From Chiloscyllium plagiosum (lineage: Eukaryota): DNA of 64,000 nucleotides. A program made the translations under genes and the position numbers. The notes under the pieces are model-generated. The model saw only the letters and a list, made by a program, of their open reading frames with translations. It did not search any database and was not told the DNA's origin. The DNA is taken from assembly GCF_004010195.1 (NCBI RefSeq), contig NC_057719.1, forward strand, positions 6,720,846 through 6,784,845, in the 5' to 3' direction. Positions 62,113 through 64,000 of the stretch are shown here, piece by piece (the stretch's first letter is position 1; each line of letters starts with the position of its first letter).

Positions 62113-62241
62113 CATTCCTGAAGAAGGGCTTATGCCCGAAACGTCGATTCTCCTGTTCCTTGGATGCTGCCTGACCTGCTGCGCTTTTCCAGCAACACAT
62201 TTTCAGCTCTGATCTCCAGCATCTGCAGTCCTCACTTTCTC
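62113..62241 (+). mobile_element. Solo PLE family A pLTR with intact hammerhead core
   Basis: Core at 62118-62145. CATTCCTGA is duplicated at 62113-62121 and 62242-62250. Confidence 0.9.
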
Positions 62242-62394
62242 CATTCCTGACTACTGCTTTTGAATAGTATTATACAGCTCAGAAAAAAGCCTTTCAACCC
62301 ATTGTGTCTGTGCTGATAATCTGAAAAGGTTATCTGACATGCACTGTCCAGTTCTTTCCCTATAGTCCAGCAATTTATTTTCCTTTTCAAGTGA

Positions 62395-64000
62395 GGCTAG
62401 GAACAGAGTGCGAGTGCAGCTGAACACGTGGCTGCAGAGCTGATATAGGGGGGAGGGCTTCAGACATATGGATCATTGGGATACCATCTGGGGAAGGTGG
62501 GACCTGAATAAGGAGGATGGTTGCACCTGAACTGAAGGGGTACCAATATCCTAGGCAGGAGGTTTGCTAAAGCTCTTTGGGAGGGTTTAAACTAATTTGG
62601 CAGGGGAATGGGAACTGGAGTTATGGATCAGAGAATGGGGTAGCTGGTGAACAGGCGAATACAGCGTGCAGAGAGTCTGTGAGGAAGGATAGACAGTTGA
62701 TAGGGCAAAGTTAAAGTCAGTGTGATGGGTTGAAGTGTGTCTATTTTAACGCAAGAAATGTCAGGAATAAGGGTGGTGGACAAACTTAGAGTTTGGATCA
62801 GTATTTGGAGCTACGATGTTGTGGCCATTGCAAAGACTTAGATATCACATGGGTTGGATGTGCCAGGGTTTAGATGTTTCAAAAGGACTGGGGAGGAAAA
62901 TAAAAGAGGTGGGGGAGTGGCACTGCTAATCAGGGATTGTATCATAGCTGCAGAAAGGGAGGTTGGCAAGGAGGGTTTGTCTCCTGAGTTTGTCTGTGAG
63001 TAGAAGTCAGAAACAGGAAAGGAGCAGTCACTTTATTGGAAGTTTTCTACAGACCCCCTAATAGCAAAGAGACGCAGAGGAGTAGATTTTGGAAAAGTGC
63101 AAAAGTAACAAGGTTGTTGTCATGGGTGACTTCAACTTCCCTAATATTGATTGAAACCTCCTTAATTCAAATAGTTTGGATGGATTTTGTCAGATCTGTC
63201 CAGAAAGGATTCCTGACTCAATATGTAGATAGGGCAACTAGAGAGGAGGCCATATTGGATTTGGTGGTTTGCAATGAACCAGGTCATGTGCCAGCTGTCT
63301 CAGTGGGAGAGTATCTTGGTGATAGTGATCATAACCTCCTGACCTTTACTATTGTCATGGAGAGGAATAGGAGCAGATGGTATGGGAAAGTATTTAATTG
63401 GGAGAAATGGGGAATAATAATGCTATTAGGCAGGAACTATGGAGCACAAATTGGGAACAGATGTTCTCAGAGAAATGCACATTAGAAATGTGGAGGTTGT
63501 TTAGGGAGCACTTGCTGATAGCACTGGATAGGTTTGTCCCACTGAGGCAAGAAGAGGATGGTCAGGTGAAAGAATCTTGGATGACAAGAGGTGTGGAAAA
63601 TTTAGTCAAGTTGAAGAAGGAAGCTTACTTAAGGTTGAGGAAGCAAGGATCAGACAAGGCTTGAGAAGGCCAGCCAGTAACGAACTGAAGATGGACTTAA
63701 GAGCACTAGAACGGGGCATGAAAAAGCCTGGACGGGTAGGATTAAGGAAAATCCCAAGATGTTTTACACTTATATGAGGAACAAGAGGATGGCCAGAATG
63801 AGGGTAGGGATGATCAGGGATATTGGAGGAAACTTGTGCTTGGAGTTGTAGGAAGTAGGGGAGGTCCTTAATAAATACTTTGCTTCAGTATTCACTCGTG
63901 AGAAGGACCTTGTTGTTTGTGAGGACAGCGTGAAATAGGCTGATATGCTGGAATAACTTGATGTTAAGAAGGAGGATGTGCTGGAAAAAGCATAAGGATA
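62395..64000 (+). mobile_element. CR1 LINE: ORF1 esterase end and ORF2 endonuclease region, running off the window
   Basis: QLNTWL...GFRHMDHWDT, DG.HLN-like; FYRPPNS, MGDFNFP, TREEAILDLV, GDSDHN. Confidence 0.9.

Noticed and set aside
32530..64000. FOXN3 exons or promoter
   Set aside because: No forkhead coding sequence or CpG island is visible. Short non-coding exons cannot be excluded or supported from sequence alone.

Overview
This is repeat-rich vertebrate genomic DNA, very likely from a shark. That call is inferred from HE1/V-SINEs, Deu-domain SINEs and the abundant CR1 and Penelope families; an orectolobiform (bamboo/epaulette/zebra shark) is only a guess. The one host coding sequence I can support is a 70-nt terminal exon at 32195-32264 (+). 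It encodes an EF-hand (R|EVDRDLDGHVSFKDFEIVMRHE*) matching the C-terminus of vertebrate EFCAB11, with AATAAA at 32503. Positions 1-32194 are therefore probably its long last intron, and the rest is probably the intergenic region toward FOXN3 (synteny from memory). The remainder is layered, decayed mobile DNA: many CR1 LINE fragments (largest 43125-45617), a 5'-truncated L1-clade element (38290-42115), RTE, L2 and Rex1 tails, tRNA-derived SINEs, a Tc1/pogo-type MITE, a decayed Harbinger Myb-like gene, and more than 20 Penelope-like element (PLE) fragments. The most interesting signal is in the PLE fragments. At least three families carry minimal hammerhead ribozyme motifs (CUGANGA-A-stem II-GAAA-palindromic stem III). 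Many copies are short fold-back insertions with 9-16 bp target-site duplications, and their inversion/truncation points cluster at the 5' edge of the ribozyme core. Several unique AT-rich blocks look like developmental enhancers, with paired TALE-homeodomain palindromes, an RFX X-box and TAAT clusters. Nearly all ORFs in the supplied track are repeat-derived or spurious. Boundaries of old repeats are approximate.
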